From an uncultured bacterium (lineage in GTDB: Bacteria > Krumholzibacteriota > Krumholzibacteriia > Krumholzibacteriales > Krumholzibacteriaceae), in the NCBI GenBank assembly GCA_963813815.1, contig CAWFAD010000016.1:256001-320000 (forward strand): a DNA stretch of 64,000 bases, written 5' to 3'. Of the stretch, positions 1-10,512 are shown piece after piece. The first letter of the stretch is position 1, and each line of letters opens with the position of its first letter. The notes under the pieces were generated by a model. The model worked only from the letters and a program-made list of their open reading frames with translations. It was not told the origin of the DNA and did not search any database. The position numbers and the translations under genes were made by a program.

Positions 1-178
1 CATGGGATGCGAGGTCAACGGCCCGGGCGAGGCGAGGGACGCCGATATCGGGCTCGCCGGGACGCGAGGCGGCGCGGTGCTCTTCCGGAAGGGTAAAATA
101 ATTAAACGCCTCGAGGGGAACGTATCCGCCGAGTTCCTGCGCGAGGTTCGCAACTTCATGGGAATCAAGGAAAAATAA
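1..178 (+). CDS. ispG: 3' end of 4-hydroxy-3-methylbut-2-en-1-yl diphosphate synthase (partial, runs off window start)
   Basis: Frame 2 reads [20 protein letters not shown]...LFRKGK..., the conserved IspG C-terminal MGCxVNGPGE motif; TAA at 176-178. Confidence 0.9.
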   Translation, partial: MGCEVNGPGEARDADIGLAGTRGGAVLFRKGKIIKRLEGNVSAEFLREVRNFMGIKEK

Positions 179-350
179 AGATTCCCCTCCCCCCGGCGGG
201 AGAAAATATGTCTGGAAAAAATAGGTGAAACATGCTACCATCCCTCCAGATTATACGAGGGATAGAGAAATTGCCGCCACGGAGAGCCGCTTCTCGATAC
301 CTCGAGGCGTTCGGTGTGCTCCCGCGGGGGAGAAAAGGAGGTCGCGCAGA

Positions 351-719
351 ATGAAGGGCGGCAGATCGATCTTCGCGCTTCTCGCCGTCGTGATTATCCT
401 GACCGCCGCTTCGACGCAGGCGCAGGACGAGTACCAGATCCCGATCAAAAAGGTCGTATCGACGGCGTCCGTGACGCCGCTCGTGACCTACGTCAAGCAC
501 GTCGACATCCTCTACGCGTTCACCACGAACATCGCGATGAGCGCGAAGTTCGAAACGATCGACGCGACCCACGTGAAGCTCACGGTGAAACCGGTCATCG
601 CGTACTCGTTCACCTTCTCGTTGGAGTGGAGCGGTTTTCCGCCCAACCTGCTCGATTACGCCGGCGGCGGTTCGGCTTCGTACATTCTGGATACGGAGAC
701 GGGATACGCCGAGAAATAG
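351..719 (+). CDS. Small secreted hypothetical protein (~122 aa)
   Basis: AGGAGG RBS at 336-341, ATG 351, signal peptide MKGGRSIFALLAVVIILTAASTQA. Confidence 0.7.
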   Translation: MKGGRSIFALLAVVIILTAASTQAQDEYQIPIKKVVSTASVTPLVTYVKHVDILYAFTTNIAMSAKFETIDATHVKLTVKPVIAYSFTFSLEWSGFPPNLLDYAGGGSASYILDTETGYAEK

Positions 720-757
720 GCGGCCGGGCGAAGCAGGTTTCGCGCGACTGGCGTTCG

Positions 758-2446
758 TTAGTCCTCGCCGACCGAGTCGGGCATGCCCGGCTTCACGAAG
801 ATAGTTTTTCCCCTTTGACATACCGCCGTGCCGGGCTTCGACTTTCTCGGTCTGCGAACGTGGCGTTTCTCCGCGTATATCACGGGGACCGTTTTCGAGT
901 TTCTCGCCTTGCTGAAGGCCGCGGCGATCGCCGCGGCCTTTTCGATGACGGCGCCGGGGGTCGAACGGTGCGCCCCCTTGAGGATGACGTGCGAGCCCGG
1001 CACGTCCTGCGCGTGGAACCAGAGGTCGGTCGGCGCGGCGAACTCGTGCGTGAGAATGTCGTTCTCCTCGTCGCTGCGCCCCACGTAAACGGTGTGCCGT
1101 TCGTCGATCGGAATGCGCCGGAACCGCCGGGGCGGCTCCTCGCCGCCGCTTCGGGCCCGCGGCGCCGGATCGGCGGGCGCGAGCGGAACGAGATCCTCGA
1201 CGCTCCGGAGTTCCTCGATCCGCGCTATCTCGCGGCGGCGCTCCTCGAGGTCGCGCTCGACCGCGCTCGCGCGGGTCTTCATGATGAACGCGCCCTTCTC
1301 GCCCTTCTTCGCCTTGGTGAAGTAGTGGCGGATGTTGCGTTCCGGCGAGCGCGCCGGATCGAGCGGAATCGTGACCGTGCGCTCCCCCGAAAAATCCTTG
1401 ACGACGATCTCGCTCAGCCCCGTCCTGAGCAGGTGGCGGTGCGTCACGAGGAGATCGCCGAAATGGCGGTACTCGGACGATCGTCCGGCGTCGGCGAGGT
1501 CCCCCTTGAGATTCTCGCGAAGCCGCTCGAGGCGCTTCGCTTCTGCGCGGGCGCGCCGCGACGCGAGGCGACGCAGGTGCTCGACGTAACCCGGAACGAG
1601 GCTCTCGCGGGCGCGCGAGGCGAGCGCGTCCGCGAAACCCTCCGCTTGCTCCCCGCGTTCGGCTATCGGCAACTCGAGAGGATAGATCGACGGCGCGGTC
1701 GCTTCGGGGAAGCGGTACACGCGCCAGGACCACGGCCGTCCGGCGAGACGCGCGCCGATCTCCGCCGCGACGGCCCAGGCCCGTTCCGGATTTCCGCCGG
1801 CCTCGCGGACGATGGCGCGGGCGAGGACGGGATCGATTCCCGCCACCCGGCCGGCGAGCCCGTCGGCGAGCGATCGCGACGCGCTCCAACGCCGCGTGTG
1901 CTCGGGAGCCTCCGGTCCGGAGGGTCCGCCGAGGGCGAGCGCGGCGATCTCCCCGGGGATCTCGGCCGGGAGGGAAAGGAGCGAATAGGGCTTCGGCGGC
2001 AGCGTCCGCCCGGCCCCCGAACCCTTTCCCCGCTGCGGGCCGACCGAGGCGAAGAGCCGCTCGCCTCCCTCGTCGTACAGGGCGAGCGGGCGAACCGTCG
2101 GCGCGAGATCGATCCTGAGGAGGGCCGAACCGCTCGCCCCGAAACGCGCGGGAGGGGCGAGATCCACGAGGAGCACGCGCTCGAGATCGAGGGTCCGGAC
2201 GCCCTTCACCGCGCGTCCTTCCGCGGCGCTCAGCTCGCGGCGGGCGTACCGCTCGGGCGCGAGCGGCTCGGCGGAGAAGAAGATGTCCGGCTCTCGAAGG
2301 TGATAGAGAATATGACAGTGTGCGAGCTTCGCGCCGGTGAACGAGATCGTCGCCGCCGCCGGAAAGCCCGACACGGCGGCGACCGCGGCGCCGGAGAGAG
2401 AGGCGTCGAGCTCGGTCGCGAGGGCATATAGAGAGAGGCTGTTCAC
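758..2446 (-). CDS. NFACT/RqcH (FbpA-like) ribosome quality control protein
   Basis: C-terminal VGRSDEENDILT...DLWFHAQDVPGSHVIL (NFACT-R) and IPLDPARSPERN..YFTKAKK; probable GTG start at 2446. Confidence 0.85.
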   Translation of the reverse strand: MNSLSLYALATELDASLSGAAVAAVSGFPAAATISFTGAKLAHCHILYHLREPDIFFSAEPLAPERYARRELSAAEGRAVKGVRTLDLERVLLVDLAPPARFGASGSALLRIDLAPTVRPLALYDEGGERLFASVGPQRGKGSGAGRTLPPKPYSLLSLPAEIPGEIAALALGGPSGPEAPEHTRRWSASRSLADGLAGRVAGIDPVLARAIVREAGGNPERAWAVAAEIGARLAGRPWSWRVYRFPEATAPSIYPLELPIAERGEQAEGFADALASRARESLVPGYVEHLRRLASRRARAEAKRLERLRENLKGDLADAGRSSEYRHFGDLLVTHRHLLRTGLSEIVVKDFSGERTVTIPLDPARSPERNIRHYFTKAKKGEKGAFIMKTRASAVERDLEERRREIARIEELRSVEDLVPLAPADPAPRARSGGEEPPRRFRRIPIDERHTVYVGRSDEENDILTHEFAAPTDLWFHAQDVPGSHVILKGAHRSTPGAVIEKAAAIAAAFSKARNSKTVPVIYAEKRHVRRPRKSKPGTAVCQRGKTIFVKPGMPDSVGED

Positions 2447-2621
2447 GGACGAATGATAGGGGGCGCCGAGCGCCCTGTCAAACCTCCATCGCGCTCCGGG
2501 GGCGAATTGTCGTTCCGTTTTGGCCGCGGACGTGCTACAGTCGCCGCACGCGGCCGGAGCGTGCGGCGATGCGGCGGATCCGTGCGGCCGCGGCCGTTCA
2601 CACTGCAAGGGGAGATTCCGT

Positions 2622-3497
2622 ATGATCGTCAGCATGACGGGTTTCGGTAAGGGGGAGGTGCGCGAGGGCGGAGGCTCCGTCACCGTTGAGGTGCGCACCG
2701 TCAATCACCGGTTCATCGACTGCTCGGTGCGAATGCCGCGCTCGCTCAACGGGTACGAGCGCGAGATCGAGAAGATCGTGCGCGGCGCCGTCAAGCGCGG
2801 GCACGTGTACGTGACGGTCGCCTTCGACAAGGGGATCGAGAACGAAGGATTCACGATCAACAAGGAGTTTCTGCGCCGTGTCTACCGGATGCTCACCGAT
2901 TTCGCGATCGAAGAGGGGATCCCGGGCAGGGTGGATATCGGCACGCTCATATCGCTTCCGGACGTTCTCTCGGCGAGCCTCGAGGGAGCGCTGCCCGAGA
3001 GCCTCTGGGAGCGCGTCCGCCGGGCGCTCGCGATCGCGCTCGAGCGATGCGGCGAGATGCGGCGGATCGAGGGGGAGGAGCTCGCTCGCGACATTTCCCG
3101 CCGGCTCGCGGCTCTCGACAAGGGCGTCGGGCGCATCGAGAAAAAAGCGCCGCCGGCCCTTCGGCGCTCGCTCGCCCGCGCGAAGTCGCGGCTGCGGCAG
3201 CTCCTCGACGGCAAGGACATCGAGGAGGCGCGCTGGCTGACCGAGGCCGCGCTCATGGCGGAGCGGATCGATTTCTCGGAGGAGCTCGTGCGCCTTCGGA
3301 GCCACCTCGCCCAGTTCCGCTCCGTTCTCGAGAAGGGCGGCGAGGTGTCGAAGAGCCTCACGTTCCTGCTTCAGGAGATACACCGCGAGGCGACGACCAC
3401 GGCGAACAAGGCGTCCGACGCCTCGATCATCGGCGAGTGTCTCGCCCTCAAGGACGGAGTCGAGAAGATCAGGGAGCAGATTCAGAATCTGGAGTGA
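2622..3497 (+). CDS. yicC: YicC/YloC family endoribonuclease
   Basis: MIVSMTGFG...VNHRF...EELVRLRSH...LxFLLQExxRE..T...EKIREQIQNLE. Confidence 0.93.
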   Translation: MIVSMTGFGKGEVREGGGSVTVEVRTVNHRFIDCSVRMPRSLNGYEREIEKIVRGAVKRGHVYVTVAFDKGIENEGFTINKEFLRRVYRMLTDFAIEEGIPGRVDIGTLISLPDVLSASLEGALPESLWERVRRALAIALERCGEMRRIEGEELARDISRRLAALDKGVGRIEKKAPPALRRSLARAKSRLRQLLDGKDIEEARWLTEAALMAERIDFSEELVRLRSHLAQFRSVLEKGGEVSKSLTFLLQEIHREATTTANKASDASIIGECLALKDGVEKIREQIQNLE

Positions 3498-3505
3498 GCC
3501 GCGCC

Positions 3506-4105
3506 ATGCCGTCGATATCGGTCTCGCGAACGCCCTTTCTCGTCGTCGTGTCGGGTCCGTCGGGAGCGGGCAAATCGACCGTCGTCGACCGCGTTCTCGA
3601 GCGCTCCTCCCGGCTCGTTGCTTCCGTGTCCGTTACGACGCGGCCCCCGAGGGGGGACGAGCGGGACGGCGTCGATTACTTTTTCGTGACGCGCGAGGAG
3701 TTCGAAAACCGCCGCGAAGCGGGGGCGTTTCTCGAGTGGGCCGAGGTTCACGGCAACCTCTACGGCACGCCGGTCTCATTCGTCAACCGCATGGTCGAAG
3801 AGGGAATGAACGTCATTCTCGAGATCGACGTGCAGGGGGGCATGCTCGTGCGGGACCGGTTTCCGGAGGCCGTGCTGGTCTTTCTCATGCCTCCCGGCCT
3901 CGATGTGCTGCGGGAGCGGCTCCGCGGCCGGGCGACGGACGGCGAGGATGTCATACGGCGCCGCCTCGACAACGCCGTCCGCGAGCTAACGTATTACACT
4001 AGATACGATTACATAGTGGTTAACGACGAAATAGAGCGGTGCGTGGACGATTGTGTGGCGATCATCAGGGCGGAGACGCTGCGCCGCGAGCGGACTAAAC
4101 TATAG
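3506..4105 (+). CDS. gmk: Guanylate kinase
   Basis: SGPSGAGKST, TTRPPR, YFFV, EWAEVHGNLYGT, LEIDVQG. Confidence 0.96.
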   Translation: MPSISVSRTPFLVVVSGPSGAGKSTVVDRVLERSSRLVASVSVTTRPPRGDERDGVDYFFVTREEFENRREAGAFLEWAEVHGNLYGTPVSFVNRMVEEGMNVILEIDVQGGMLVRDRFPEAVLVFLMPPGLDVLRERLRGRATDGEDVIRRRLDNAVRELTYYTRYDYIVVNDEIERCVDDCVAIIRAETLRRERTKL

Positions 4106-4274
4106 ATAGGCGTCGCCAGATTGAGATTGCGCGAGGGCGCCCGATGTATTAGTATTTTGCCCCGGCCCGCGGGCCGGCCAGAGGGGAGCGAACCCCCGGC
4201 GAAAGCGCCTCATCACGGGTACAACTCGCGAAAAAACAAGGTGTTCGAGAGGGCAAAGGACGGGGTCGTAATCG

Positions 4275-4469
4275 ATGGAAAAAATTCTCGACATCATCAA
4301 AAACAGGTATGAAGCGGTGCGCGTCATGGCGAAAGAGGCGCGTCGCATCAACCAGATACTCGTCTCCTCCGGCGAGGAGATCGAGGAAAAGCCCACGACC
4401 GTCGCCATGAGGCGCGTCGTCAGCGGGAAAGTGAAGTACTCGTATGAGCAGCGAGAGGAGGAAGAGTAA
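4275..4469 (+). CDS. rpoZ: RNA polymerase omega subunit
   Basis: NRYEAVRVMAKEARRIN...KPTTVAM; gmk-rpoZ-coaBC synteny. Confidence 0.85.
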   Translation: MEKILDIIKNRYEAVRVMAKEARRINQILVSSGEEIEEKPTTVAMRRVVSGKVKYSYEQREEEE

Positions 4470-5685
4470 CCACGGGGAAGGATTATCGGGCAAACGAATC
4501 CTTCTGGTGGTTACGGGCGGCATCGCCGCCTATAAGTCGGCGCTGCTCGTTCGTCTCCTCACCTGCGGCGGCGCCTCCGTGCGCGTGGTGATGAGCCGCG
4601 CGGCGGCGGAGTTCGTCACGCCGCTCACCTTCGAAGTTCTCTCCGGCAATCCCGTTCATACCGATCTCTTCGCCCGGCGCGACCGCCCGTCGGTCCAGCA
4701 CGTCGAGCTCTCCGCGTGGGCGGACCGCGTCGTCGTGGCCCCGGCGACCGCCGATATCATCGCGAAGGCGGCCCTCGGCGTCGCCGACGACATCGCGAGC
4801 ACGGTGCTGCTCGCCGCGCGCTCGCCGGTGCTCTTCGCTCCGGCGATGAACGAGGCGATGTGGATCTCGCCGCCCGTGCGGCGCAACGTCGAGTCGCTCC
4901 GCGCCGACGGCCGGATCATACTCGGCCCCGGAGCGGGGAGCCTCGCCTGCGGCGAGAGCGGACCGGGGCGGATGATGGAGCCGGAGGAGATCGTCCGCCG
5001 TCTCGGGGAGTCGTTGGCCCCCGGGGACCTCGCCGGGCGCGCCGTTCTCGTGACCGCGGGCCGCACCGAGGAAATGATCGACCCGGTGCGCTACCTCACG
5101 AACCGCTCTTCGGGGCGCATGGGATTCGCCGTGGCCCGCGAGGCCCGCGCGCGCGGCGCGCGCGTCGTTCTCGTCCATGGCGCGGTGGACGTGCCCGTGC
5201 CGGCCGTCGACGAGGCGGTGCGCGTGACGGACGCCGCGGACATGAAGCGCGCCGTCGCCAAGGCCTTCGGCGCCTGCGATATCTGCGTCATGGCGGCGGC
5301 CGTGTCGGATTTCACGCCGGCGAAACCGCTCGGCTCGAAGATAAAACGCGCGGGGGACGGGCTCGTTCTCGATCTGCGCGCGACGGAGGATATCCTCGGC
5401 TCGCTCGCGAAGCGCAAGGGACGGCGGATCGTCGTCGGCTTCGCCCTCGAGACGGAGAACGGCGAGGCGAACGCGCGGCGGAAGGCCCGCGCGAAGGGGT
5501 GCGATTACATGGTCCTCAACGAGCCCGGTCCCGACACGGGTTTCGCGTCGCCGACGAACCGGATCACCGTGTTCAAGGGCGCGCGGAAGCTCTTCGAGAC
5601 CCCCGTCGTGTCGAAGGAAGAGGCGGCCCGCCTCATCCTCGACGCGCTCGCCGGGGACCGGCGCCTCGGAAACCGGGGACGGTAG
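4444..5685 (+). CDS. coaBC: Bifunctional phosphopantothenoylcysteine decarboxylase/ligase
   Basis: TGGIAAYK, VAPATA, APAMN, TAGRTEExIDPVRYLTNRSSGRMG, VGFALET. Confidence 0.96.
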   Translation: MSSERRKSNHGEGLSGKRILLVVTGGIAAYKSALLVRLLTCGGASVRVVMSRAAAEFVTPLTFEVLSGNPVHTDLFARRDRPSVQHVELSAWADRVVVAPATADIIAKAALGVADDIASTVLLAARSPVLFAPAMNEAMWISPPVRRNVESLRADGRIILGPGAGSLACGESGPGRMMEPEEIVRRLGESLAPGDLAGRAVLVTAGRTEEMIDPVRYLTNRSSGRMGFAVAREARARGARVVLVHGAVDVPVPAVDEAVRVTDAADMKRAVAKAFGACDICVMAAAVSDFTPAKPLGSKIKRAGDGLVLDLRATEDILGSLAKRKGRRIVVGFALETENGEANARRKARAKGCDYMVLNEPGPDTGFASPTNRITVFKGARKLFETPVVSKEEAARLILDALAGDRRLGNRGR

Positions 5686-5686
5686 C

Positions 5687-6571
5687 ATGGCGGAGGACGC
5701 CCGGGGCGGCATCAGGCGCTATCTCGAGCGCCGGCGCGCGAGCGGGGTCGAGGTGCTCTACCGCGCGGCGGCGCCTTTCCCGGCGCCTCCCGATGCGCCG
5801 CGCGCGGAGCCTTCCGAGGTCCGCTCGCCCGGATCGGCCGCGCCACCCGCGCCGGCCGCGCCGCCCGGGGGAATACCGGTCGTGACCTCTCCCGCCTCGC
5901 CCTCCGGCGAGGAGCGGTCGATACGCTTCTCGCGGGAGAGCGCCGCCGCCCCCCAGAGCTCGCTCTTCGGCGAGCCGGCGCCCGCGGAGCGGTTCGAGCC
6001 GGACGCGGCCGATCTCGATTCCCTCGAGCGGCTCGTCGCCTCCTGCCGCCGGTGCGGGCTCTGCGACGGACGAACGCGGACCGTCTTCGGGAGCGGTTCG
6101 CGGTCGGCGAAGATCGTCTTCATCGGCGAAGCGCCCGGCCGCGAGGAGGATCTGCAGGGGCTGCCGTTCGTGGGGCGCGCGGGGCAGCTCCTCACGAAGA
6201 TGCTCGCGGCGGTGGGATTCACGAGAGAAGAGGTGTACATCACGAACATTTTGAAATGCCGGCCGCCGAATAACCGCGACCCGCAGGAGGACGAGATGAG
6301 CTCGTGCGAACCGTACCTCGCGCGCCAGCTCGAGATCATCCGCCCGGCCGTGATCTGCGCGCTCGGGCGCGTCGCGGCCCACGGCCTCCTCAAAAAAGGG
6401 ACGTCGCTCTCGTTTCTCCGGCGGGCCGTGCATTACTACAACGACATACCGGTCGCCGTCACCTATCACCCGGCCGCGCTCCTCAGGAATCCGAACCTGA
6501 AGCGCGACGCATGGGAGGATCTGCAGGCGATGCGGCGGCTCTACGATGAGCGGATAAGGGAGGATGGATGA
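5687..6571 (+). CDS. Family 4 uracil-DNA glycosylase (Fe-S) with Pro/Ala-rich N-terminus
   Basis: CRRCGL, FIGEAPG, PFVGRAG, NILKCRPPNNRDP, TYHPAALLR. Confidence 0.93.
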   Translation: MAEDARGGIRRYLERRRASGVEVLYRAAAPFPAPPDAPRAEPSEVRSPGSAAPPAPAAPPGGIPVVTSPASPSGEERSIRFSRESAAAPQSSLFGEPAPAERFEPDAADLDSLERLVASCRRCGLCDGRTRTVFGSGSRSAKIVFIGEAPGREEDLQGLPFVGRAGQLLTKMLAAVGFTREEVYITNILKCRPPNNRDPQEDEMSSCEPYLARQLEIIRPAVICALGRVAAHGLLKKGTSLSFLRRAVHYYNDIPVAVTYHPAALLRNPNLKRDAWEDLQAMRRLYDERIREDG

Positions 6572-7959
6572 TGGAGAGCTCGGTCAACGCGCGCGCGAGG
6601 CTCGGCCCGCTCGACCGCGTTCCGCCGCAGAACGTCGAGGCGGAACGGGCCGTTCTCGGAGGCGTTCTGCTCGATCCGGAGGCGGCGACGAAGGCCGTCG
6701 AGATCGTGTCCCCCGAGTCTTTCTACCGGCCCGCCAACGCCCGGATCTTCCGGGCGATCCTCTCGCTTTTCACGCGGCGGGAGCCGATCGACGTCATGAC
6801 CCTCTCCGAGGAGCTCGGCAAGTCGGGCGATCTCGAGGCGATCGGCGGGATCGCCGCCCTGACCGATCTCGTCGATTCGACGCCGAGCGCGGCGAACATC
6901 GAGCATTACGCGAGGATCGTGCTCGACAAATACATTCTCCGGCAGCTCATCCGCGCGTCGACCGAGATCGCGGAGGACGCGTTCGCGGCGGACCGCGAGG
7001 CCGACGTCATCCTCGACGCTTCCGAGCAAAAGATATTCAAAATCTCCGAGTCGCGCGTGAGTCAGGGATTCATCCACATCAAGGATATCCTCAAGGAGCG
7101 ATTCGACGAGATTCAGAGGGTGCACGAGACGCGCATGAGCATCACGGGGCTCCCGACGGGCTTCGTCGACCTCGACGCCCACACGGCGGGGTTCCATCCG
7201 AGCGATCTCGTCATCATCGCGGGGCGGCCCTCGATGGGAAAGACGAGCTTCGCGCTCAACATCGCCCAGCACGTCGCGCTCGTCGAGCACCGCTCCGTCG
7301 CCATCTTCAGCCTCGAGATGTCGAAGGAGCTCCTCGTCCAGCGCCTCCTCTGCTCCGAGGCGCAGGTCGACTCGCAGAAGGTGCGCCGCGGGTTCACCTC
7401 GGCGAAGGACATCGAGCGGCTCACGAACGCCGCGGGGCTCCTGAGCGACGCGCCCGTCTTCATCGACGACACGCCGGCGATCTCGACGCTCGACATGCGC
7501 GCGCGCGCCCGGCGGCTCAAGTCGGAGCACGACATCGCGCTCGTCATCATCGATTACCTCCAGCTCGCGCGCTGCAGCGAGCGCTCCGAGAACCGCCAGC
7601 AGGAGATCTCATCGATCTCACGCTCCCTCAAGGCGCTCGCCAAGGAGCTCTCCATCCCCGTCATAGCGCTCTCCCAGCTCTCCCGGGCGGTCGAGGCCCG
7701 CGGGGGGGACCGGCGCCCGATGCTCTCCGATCTCCGCGAATCGGGGGCCATCGAGCAGGACGCCGATCTCGTGCTCTTTCTCTACCGTCCCGAGTTCTAC
7801 GATCCGGACGATCCGGACAAGCAGGGCAAGGCGGAGCTCATCATCGGGAAGCAGCGAAACGGTCCGACGGGCATCGTTCCGCTCGTGTTCGAGAAGACCT
7901 ACACGCGCTTCCATTCGGCGGCGCGCGACGGAGCCGCGCCGGCGCCGGAGGTTTTCTAG
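6568..7959 (+). CDS. dnaB: Replicative DNA helicase
   Basis: PPQNVEAE, AGRPSMGKT, SLEM, IDYLQL, LSQLSR, SDLRESGAIEQDAD, KQRNGPTG; no intein. Confidence 0.98.
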   Translation: MMESSVNARARLGPLDRVPPQNVEAERAVLGGVLLDPEAATKAVEIVSPESFYRPANARIFRAILSLFTRREPIDVMTLSEELGKSGDLEAIGGIAALTDLVDSTPSAANIEHYARIVLDKYILRQLIRASTEIAEDAFAADREADVILDASEQKIFKISESRVSQGFIHIKDILKERFDEIQRVHETRMSITGLPTGFVDLDAHTAGFHPSDLVIIAGRPSMGKTSFALNIAQHVALVEHRSVAIFSLEMSKELLVQRLLCSEAQVDSQKVRRGFTSAKDIERLTNAAGLLSDAPVFIDDTPAISTLDMRARARRLKSEHDIALVIIDYLQLARCSERSENRQQEISSISRSLKALAKELSIPVIALSQLSRAVEARGGDRRPMLSDLRESGAIEQDADLVLFLYRPEFYDPDDPDKQGKAELIIGKQRNGPTGIVPLVFEKTYTRFHSAARDGAAPAPEVF

Positions 7960-8751
7960 GTGACGCCGTTCGTCATTCTCGGCAGGTTCTTTCTCGAGCT
8001 CATCCAGGAGATCGGGGGGGTGTGCATCCTCATATGGCGGATCGCGCAGCTCTCCCCGCGGGTCTTCGCGAACGGCCGCGCCGTCTTTCAGCAGATGGAC
8101 CGCATCGGGCTCGGGTCGATCCCCCTCGTGGTCGTGACCTCGCTTTTCGTCGGAGCGGTGACGGCCGTGCAGGCGGCCTATCAGTTTCACGGGTACGTCC
8201 CCTTCAAATTCATTGGAACGGTCGTCGGGAAATCGGTCACCCTCGAGCTCGGGCCGGTGCTCACGGCGCTCGTCGTGGGGGGGCGCGTGAGCGCCTCGAT
8301 CGCGGCGGAGCTCGGCACGATGAAGGTCACCGAGCAGATCGATGCCATGGAGACGATCGCGATCGACCCGGTCGAATACCTCGTCCTCCCGCGCGTCGTC
8401 GCCGCGACGATCATGCTTCCGGTGCTCACGATCTTCTCCGATTTTCTCGCGATCATCGGAGCGGCGGTCGTCGCGAACATTTCGATCGGCGTGAGCTACG
8501 GCACCTTCGAATCGGGGATCAAGCTTCTGTTCAAGTATCAGGATCTCCTGGGCGGCCTCGCGAAGACCTTCGTCTTCGGCTACATCATCGCCCTCATGGG
8601 GTGCTACAACGGATTCGAGACGCGGGGCGGCGCCGAGGGCGTCGGGGTGTCGACGATGAAGGCGGTCGTCTCCTCGTGCCTCCTGATTCTCATCACGAAC
8701 TACATGCTGGCGTCGCTCATCTTCCGCATCATCTTCGCGCCGTCGTCGTAG
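7960..8751 (+). CDS. mlaE: MlaE-family ABC permease
   Basis: ELGPVLTAL..GGRV...AAELGTMKVTEQIDA, GGAEGVG. Confidence 0.92.
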   Translation: MTPFVILGRFFLELIQEIGGVCILIWRIAQLSPRVFANGRAVFQQMDRIGLGSIPLVVVTSLFVGAVTAVQAAYQFHGYVPFKFIGTVVGKSVTLELGPVLTALVVGGRVSASIAAELGTMKVTEQIDAMETIAIDPVEYLVLPRVVAATIMLPVLTIFSDFLAIIGAAVVANISIGVSYGTFESGIKLLFKYQDLLGGLAKTFVFGYIIALMGCYNGFETRGGAEGVGVSTMKAVVSSCLLILITNYMLASLIFRIIFAPSS

Positions 8752-8761
8752 GGAGCAACCC

Positions 8762-9532
8762 ATGGAGCAACGGGCAAGCGAATACATCGTGCGGCTCAGC
8801 GGCGTGATCAAGGCGTTCGATCGCAAGGTCGTGCTCGACGGCGTCGACCTCGACATCGCCCGGGGAAAGACGCTCGTCGTCATCGGCCGCAGCGGTTGCG
8901 GCAAGAGCGTCATGCTGAAGCACATCACCGGGCTCATCGCTCCGGACGCCGGCGGGATCTTCTTCGAAGGGGAGGATATCACGCAGTTCGGCCGGAAAAA
9001 GCTTTTTCAAATGCGCATGCACTTTGGTATGCTTTTCCAGGGCGCCGCGCTCTTCGATTCCCTTTCGGTCGGCGAGAACGTGGCGCTGCCGCTGCGCACG
9101 CATACCGAGCTCGGCGACGACGAAATCCGCCGGAAGGTGTGCGAAAAGCTCCAGCTCGTGGGGCTCACCGACGTCTATGACCGGTCCCCCGCGGAAATGA
9201 GCGGCGGCATGAAGAAACGCGTGGGGCTCGCGAGGGCCGTCGTCATGGATCCCGCGGTCGTGCTCTACGACGAGCCGACGACGGGGCTCGATCCGATCAT
9301 GGCGGACGTCATCAACGAGCTCATCCGGGACCTCCAGCGGGAGCTGCGCATCACGTCGGTCGTGGTGACGCACGACATCAAGAGCGCGTACAAGGTCGCC
9401 GATCGCATCGCGATGCTCCACGAAGGGAAGATAATCGAGTCGGGTACCCCGGACGAAGTCCGGAAAACGGCGAACCCGGTGCTGAGGCAGTTCGTCGAGG
9501 GATCGTCCCAGGGCCCCATACAGCCGCTCTGA
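8762..9532 (+). CDS. mlaF: MlaF-family ABC ATP-binding protein
   Basis: GRSGCGKS, FQGAALFDS, SGGMKKRVGLARA, YDEPTTGLDP. Confidence 0.92.
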   Translation: MEQRASEYIVRLSGVIKAFDRKVVLDGVDLDIARGKTLVVIGRSGCGKSVMLKHITGLIAPDAGGIFFEGEDITQFGRKKLFQMRMHFGMLFQGAALFDSLSVGENVALPLRTHTELGDDEIRRKVCEKLQLVGLTDVYDRSPAEMSGGMKKRVGLARAVVMDPAVVLYDEPTTGLDPIMADVINELIRDLQRELRITSVVVTHDIKSAYKVADRIAMLHEGKIIESGTPDEVRKTANPVLRQFVEGSSQGPIQPL

Positions 9533-9600
9533 GCGTTCGTTGCGCGCTCCCGGGCGGCGCGGCGCCGCCCGACGGGGCGGCGAACGGCGAGAGGAAGCGA

Positions 9601-10497
9601 ATGGAATACAAATCGCTCGAGCTCCGAGTCGGACTCACGATCTTCATCGCGGCGGTCATACTGATCATCGGGCTCATGTGGTTTCAGAGCTTCAAGATCA
9701 GCAGGAGCGAATACGAGATTCACGCGGTGTTCCCGATGGTCGGAAGCATCTCGCGCGGCGACGACGTGAACCTCAACGGCGTCCAGCGGGGATCGGTGAA
9801 GCGCGTCGAGCTTCGCGACAAGGACGTGCTCGTGACCATGTCGATCGACGCGGGAACGAATATCCCGGAGGATTCCCGCATCGTGCTGCAGACGATCGGC
9901 ATCATGGGGGAGCGCGTCGTCACGATCCTGCTCGGTTCTTCCGACCGTTTCCTCGAGCCGGGAGCGATCATGACGGGCGTCTACGATCCGGGCATCTCCG
10001 AGGCGCTCGCCTTCCTCGGAAACATCATGGACGAGCTCACGACCCTCACGCACGACATGCGCCGCATCACGGGCACGCTGACGCAGGGGGACAAGCTCGG
10101 GCGGACGGTCGACAACCTCGCCGGGATCACGACCGAGCTGCGCTCGATGCTCGAGCGGGATGGCCCCGAGCTCCGTGCCGGCGTGCACTCGCTGCGCCGT
10201 TCGGCCGAGACGGTCGAAGGGCTGCTCGCGAGGAACGACGGAGAGATCGACACGATGATCGCCTCGTTCGGCTCGATGAGCCGGGATCTGCCGGAGCTCG
10301 TGCGGCGCATGCGGAGCCTCACCGATTCGCTCGCCGCCGTCACGGCCAAGCTCCAGCGCGACGACAACACGCTCGGAGCCCTCATGAACGACCGCACGTT
10401 CATGGACCGCCTCGAGAAAACGGTGCTCGATCTCGGCGCGCTCGTCGCCGAGATCAAGGCGAATCCGAAAAAGTACCTCAAGGTCGAGATATTCTGA
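9601..10497 (+). CDS. MlaD/MCE domain protein
   Basis: N-terminal TM (ELRVGL...), MCE domain V.LNGV..G.V, helical tail ending NPKKYL. Confidence 0.9.
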   Translation: MEYKSLELRVGLTIFIAAVILIIGLMWFQSFKISRSEYEIHAVFPMVGSISRGDDVNLNGVQRGSVKRVELRDKDVLVTMSIDAGTNIPEDSRIVLQTIGIMGERVVTILLGSSDRFLEPGAIMTGVYDPGISEALAFLGNIMDELTTLTHDMRRITGTLTQGDKLGRTVDNLAGITTELRSMLERDGPELRAGVHSLRRSAETVEGLLARNDGEIDTMIASFGSMSRDLPELVRRMRSLTDSLAAVTAKLQRDDNTLGALMNDRTFMDRLEKTVLDLGALVAEIKANPKKYLKVEIF

Positions 10498-10512
10498 GGA
10501 CGGGAGACGGCG

